Of a stretch of 64,000 bases of DNA, positions 62,858 to 64,000 are shown in pieces; the first letter of the stretch is position 1; every line of letters starts with the position of its first letter. The notes beneath the pieces were generated by a model. The model saw nothing but the letters and a program-made list of their open reading frames with translations, was not told the origin of the DNA and ran no database searches. This stretch comes from a virus (lineage: Duplodnaviria > Heunggongvirae > Uroviricota > Caudoviricetes). The stretch is from positions 77,246-141,245 of the IMG/VR virus record IMGVR_UViG_3300013936_000013, one strand, 5' to 3'. Both the position numbers and the translations under genes were made by a program.

Positions 62858-62935
62858 TGGTACTTCTGAAGGGACTTGAACCCTTAGAAAAGTTGAGTTT
62901 GAATCAACCGCGTCTGCCAATTCCGCCACAGAAGC
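62858..62935 (-). tRNA. tRNA-Leu (anticodon CAA), short variable arm, CCA encoded
   Basis: Acceptor GCTTCTG/CAGAAGT, long D-loop GAATTGGCAGA, anticodon stem GTTGA/TCAAC, loop TTCAAAC, T-arm AAGGG-TTCAAGT-CCCTT, A73. Confidence 0.65.
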
Positions 62936-62938
62936 ATA

Positions 62939-63012
62939 TGGAGGGCAGCCGGGGAGTTGAACCCCGCTCCTTGGATTAACAGTCCATTGCACTACCGATG
63001 TGCTAGCCGCCC
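62939..63012 (-). tRNA. tRNA-Asn (anticodon GUU), CCA encoded
   Basis: Acceptor GGGCGGC/GCTGCCC, D-arm GCAC/GTGC, loop CTGTTAA, T-arm CGGGG-TTCAACT-CCCCG. Confidence 0.7.
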
Positions 63013-63022
63013 AAAATGAGGT

Positions 63023-63160
63023 TTATGTAACCTCAAAATCAAGAACAATATAATTGCGCTGGTAAAAATTCAACTCAATCAGAGTATGAACTACACACCA
63101 ATGCTTGGTGTTATAATCATCAAGGTAAATAATAGTGATAGTCAAATTAGCAGTAGTCAT
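63023..63160 (-). CDS. hypothetical small protein (45 aa)
   Basis: AAAAGGAG RBS + ATG 63160; terminator-like hairpin gaggtt-acataa-acctc at its 3' end. Confidence 0.3.
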   Translation of the reverse strand: MTTANLTITIIYLDDYNTKHWCVVHTLIELNFYQRNYIVLDFEVT

Positions 63161-63202
63161 AAACAAACTCCTTTTTAACTTTTCTATTTGTTTTCCTTTA
63201 TT

Positions 63203-63230
63203 ACATATATATTATAACATTTTTTTAAGA
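63203..63230 (-). promoter_or_regulatory. conserved TGTTATAATATATA promoter
   Basis: Plus ttacatatatattataacatttttttaag. Confidence 0.5.
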
Positions 63231-63251
63231 AAAAATCAATAGATATTTTTC

Positions 63252-63596
63252 TTAACGCCTATAAAAGTAAGGATACCAATACTTTTTAAGAAATTCCTCT
63301 TCAGACAGAGCCGCCATTTTTTCATACCATGACCATCCTAAAGTTTTTGCTTTTTCACAGTAGCTAGCATATCTAGCTTTTGCTTCATCAATAGACTCAT
63401 AAGAGATATAATCAGTAATATCCCAAGAGTCATTAAACTTTTGATAATCATTTTTTGCGCGAGGAGCGGTTTCCTCAGCTTCTATGCTTCTATTAAGCAC
63501 ACGTCTATATCGCCGATTAGCTCGGATTCGCGCTTCTTTATTACTGCCATGCCGCGGATGCTTACAAATAGGATGTTTCTTATAGCTTCTACTCAT
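63252..63596 (-). CDS. hypothetical basic protein (114 aa)
   Basis: Intact ORF, Arg/Lys-rich N-terminus. Confidence 0.4.
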   Translation of the reverse strand: MSRSYKKHPICKHPRHGSNKEARIRANRRYRRVLNRSIEAEETAPRAKNDYQKFNDSWDITDYISYESIDEAKARYASYCEKAKTLGWSWYEKMAALSEEEFLKKYWYPYFYRR

Positions 63597-63613
63597 AGTA
63601 CCCTCTCCTTTTA

Positions 63614-63688
63614 GTATGTCCTTTGAGACTTGAACTCAAACTCTATTCCGTATGAAGAAATTGCATTAACCAATTATGCTAAGGACAC
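63614..63688 (-). tRNA. tRNA-Met (anticodon CAU)
   Basis: Acceptor GTGTCCT/AGGACAT, D-arm GCAT/ATGC, anticodon stem ATTTC/GGAAT, loop TTCATAC, T-arm TTGAG-TTCAAGT-CTCAA. Confidence 0.7.
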
Positions 63689-63879
63689 ATATTCAAGGCG
63701 AATATATAATCACTAGTCTTTTAATTAAATCATTAATATTAAAAATATCAGTACATTATGTTATATATTTGCTGTATTCGCCTTATTTTCAACAAGACCA
63801 TTAATATTATTACATCTTCTTAAATCCCAAATTTAATGATTTTTAATAAATAATATTTTGCTGTGATGGTCTTTACTAC

Positions 63880-63954
63880 TGGGGGTGAGTAAGAGAATCG
63901 AACTCTTATGAAAGGAACCACAATCCTCCGTTCTACCATTGAACTAACAAACCC
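63880..63954 (-). tRNA. tRNA-His-like (anticodon GUG) with extra 5' G and two acceptor-stem mismatches, CCA encoded
   Basis: D-arm GTTC-AATGGTA-GAAC, anticodon stem GAGGA/TCCTT, loop TTGTGGT, T-arm AAGAG-TTCGATT-CTCTT, C73 with possible G-1; acceptor GGTTTGT/ACTCACC has U-C and U-U mismatches. Confidence 0.45.
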
Positions 63955-63971
63955 ATAAGACTAAAACGTCT

Positions 63972-64000
63972 TGGTAGAATGTGTCAGATTCGAACTGCTC
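63972..64000 (-). tRNA. partial tRNA (3' half only; cut by window edge)
   Basis: tgg-t-agaatgt-gtcag-attcgaa-ctg... = CCA, acceptor, T-arm CAG..-TTCGAAT-CTGAC. Confidence 0.4.

Noticed and set aside
6533-63230. CRISPR array or other direct-repeat array suggested by the recurring tatatattataacat motif
   Set aside because: Copies are kilobases apart and always in the same orientation upstream of gene starts next to RBS and ATG. They behave as promoters. No repeat-spacer architecture is visible anywhere in the window.
1-64000. TGA or TAA reassignment instead of, or in addition to, TAG
   Set aside because: TGA and TAA cleanly terminate many conserved genes at expected lengths (for example 42681, 56790, polymerase, ligase) and are never needed in-frame to complete a conserved domain.

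Overview
This window looks like ~64 kb of a large, AT-rich tailed-phage genome, not a cellular chromosome. Everything below is read by eye from the sequence and ORF track; no searches were run.

Gene content. Nearly all genes are packed on the minus strand, and most transcription units are punctuated by the same terminator-hairpin + extended -10 promoter cassette. The T4-like replication and nucleotide-metabolism set includes PHP-domain DnaE-type polymerase, anaerobic RNR NrdD/NrdG, dUTPase, ThyX, dNMP kinase, NAD-dependent ligase LigA, type II topoisomerase A and B subunits, DnaB helicase, DnaG primase, a Dda-like helicase, a RecJ-like DHH/DHHA1 nuclease, RuvC, RNase H, a PIN-PhoH protein and a Sak4-like ATPase. 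A lysis pair (M15 endolysin with PG-binding domain, then a holin-like gene) sits inside this block. Late structural genes include a 2,192-codon gene. A tRNA cluster sits at the 3' end.

Main findings:
1. Stop-codon recoding. The genome is written in a TAG-recoded code, most consistent with TAG=Gln (table 15). Dozens of conserved genes are only continuous if in-frame TAG is read through. The TAG falls exactly on the conserved Gln of the DGR reverse-transcriptase GxxxSQ motif and of the PG-binding FQ motif. TAA and TGA remain stops. A CUA-anticodon suppressor tRNA lies in the tRNA cluster next to tRNA-Gln(UUG) and tRNA-Gln(CUG). It is about 96 nt (99 with CCA) and carries a second, cryptic Gln(CUG)-type anticodon hairpin. 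TAG codons are nearly absent from core replication genes and concentrated in the endolysin, homing endonucleases, the DGR and the giant structural gene.
2. A diversity-generating retroelement on a plus-strand island. It comprises a 559-aa target protein with a C-terminal VR (46724..46816), an Avd-like gene, a TR (47415..47507), and a TAG-recoded RT. The TR and VR are 93 bp with 16 mismatches, all at TR adenines.
3. Two group I introns, each carrying a GIY-YIG/NUMOD homing endonuclease. One splits the topo II B-subunit gene; splicing restores the Toprim DADVDG motif, the 5' exon ends in U and the intron ends in G. The other splits the recJ-like gene. Both show P4 (P/Q) and P7 (R/S) core elements.
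4. A GC-richer three-gene island (vWA/DUF2828-like, unknown, GatB/YqeY-domain) immediately beside the tRNA cluster.

Many coordinates were derived by hand and may be off by a few nt.
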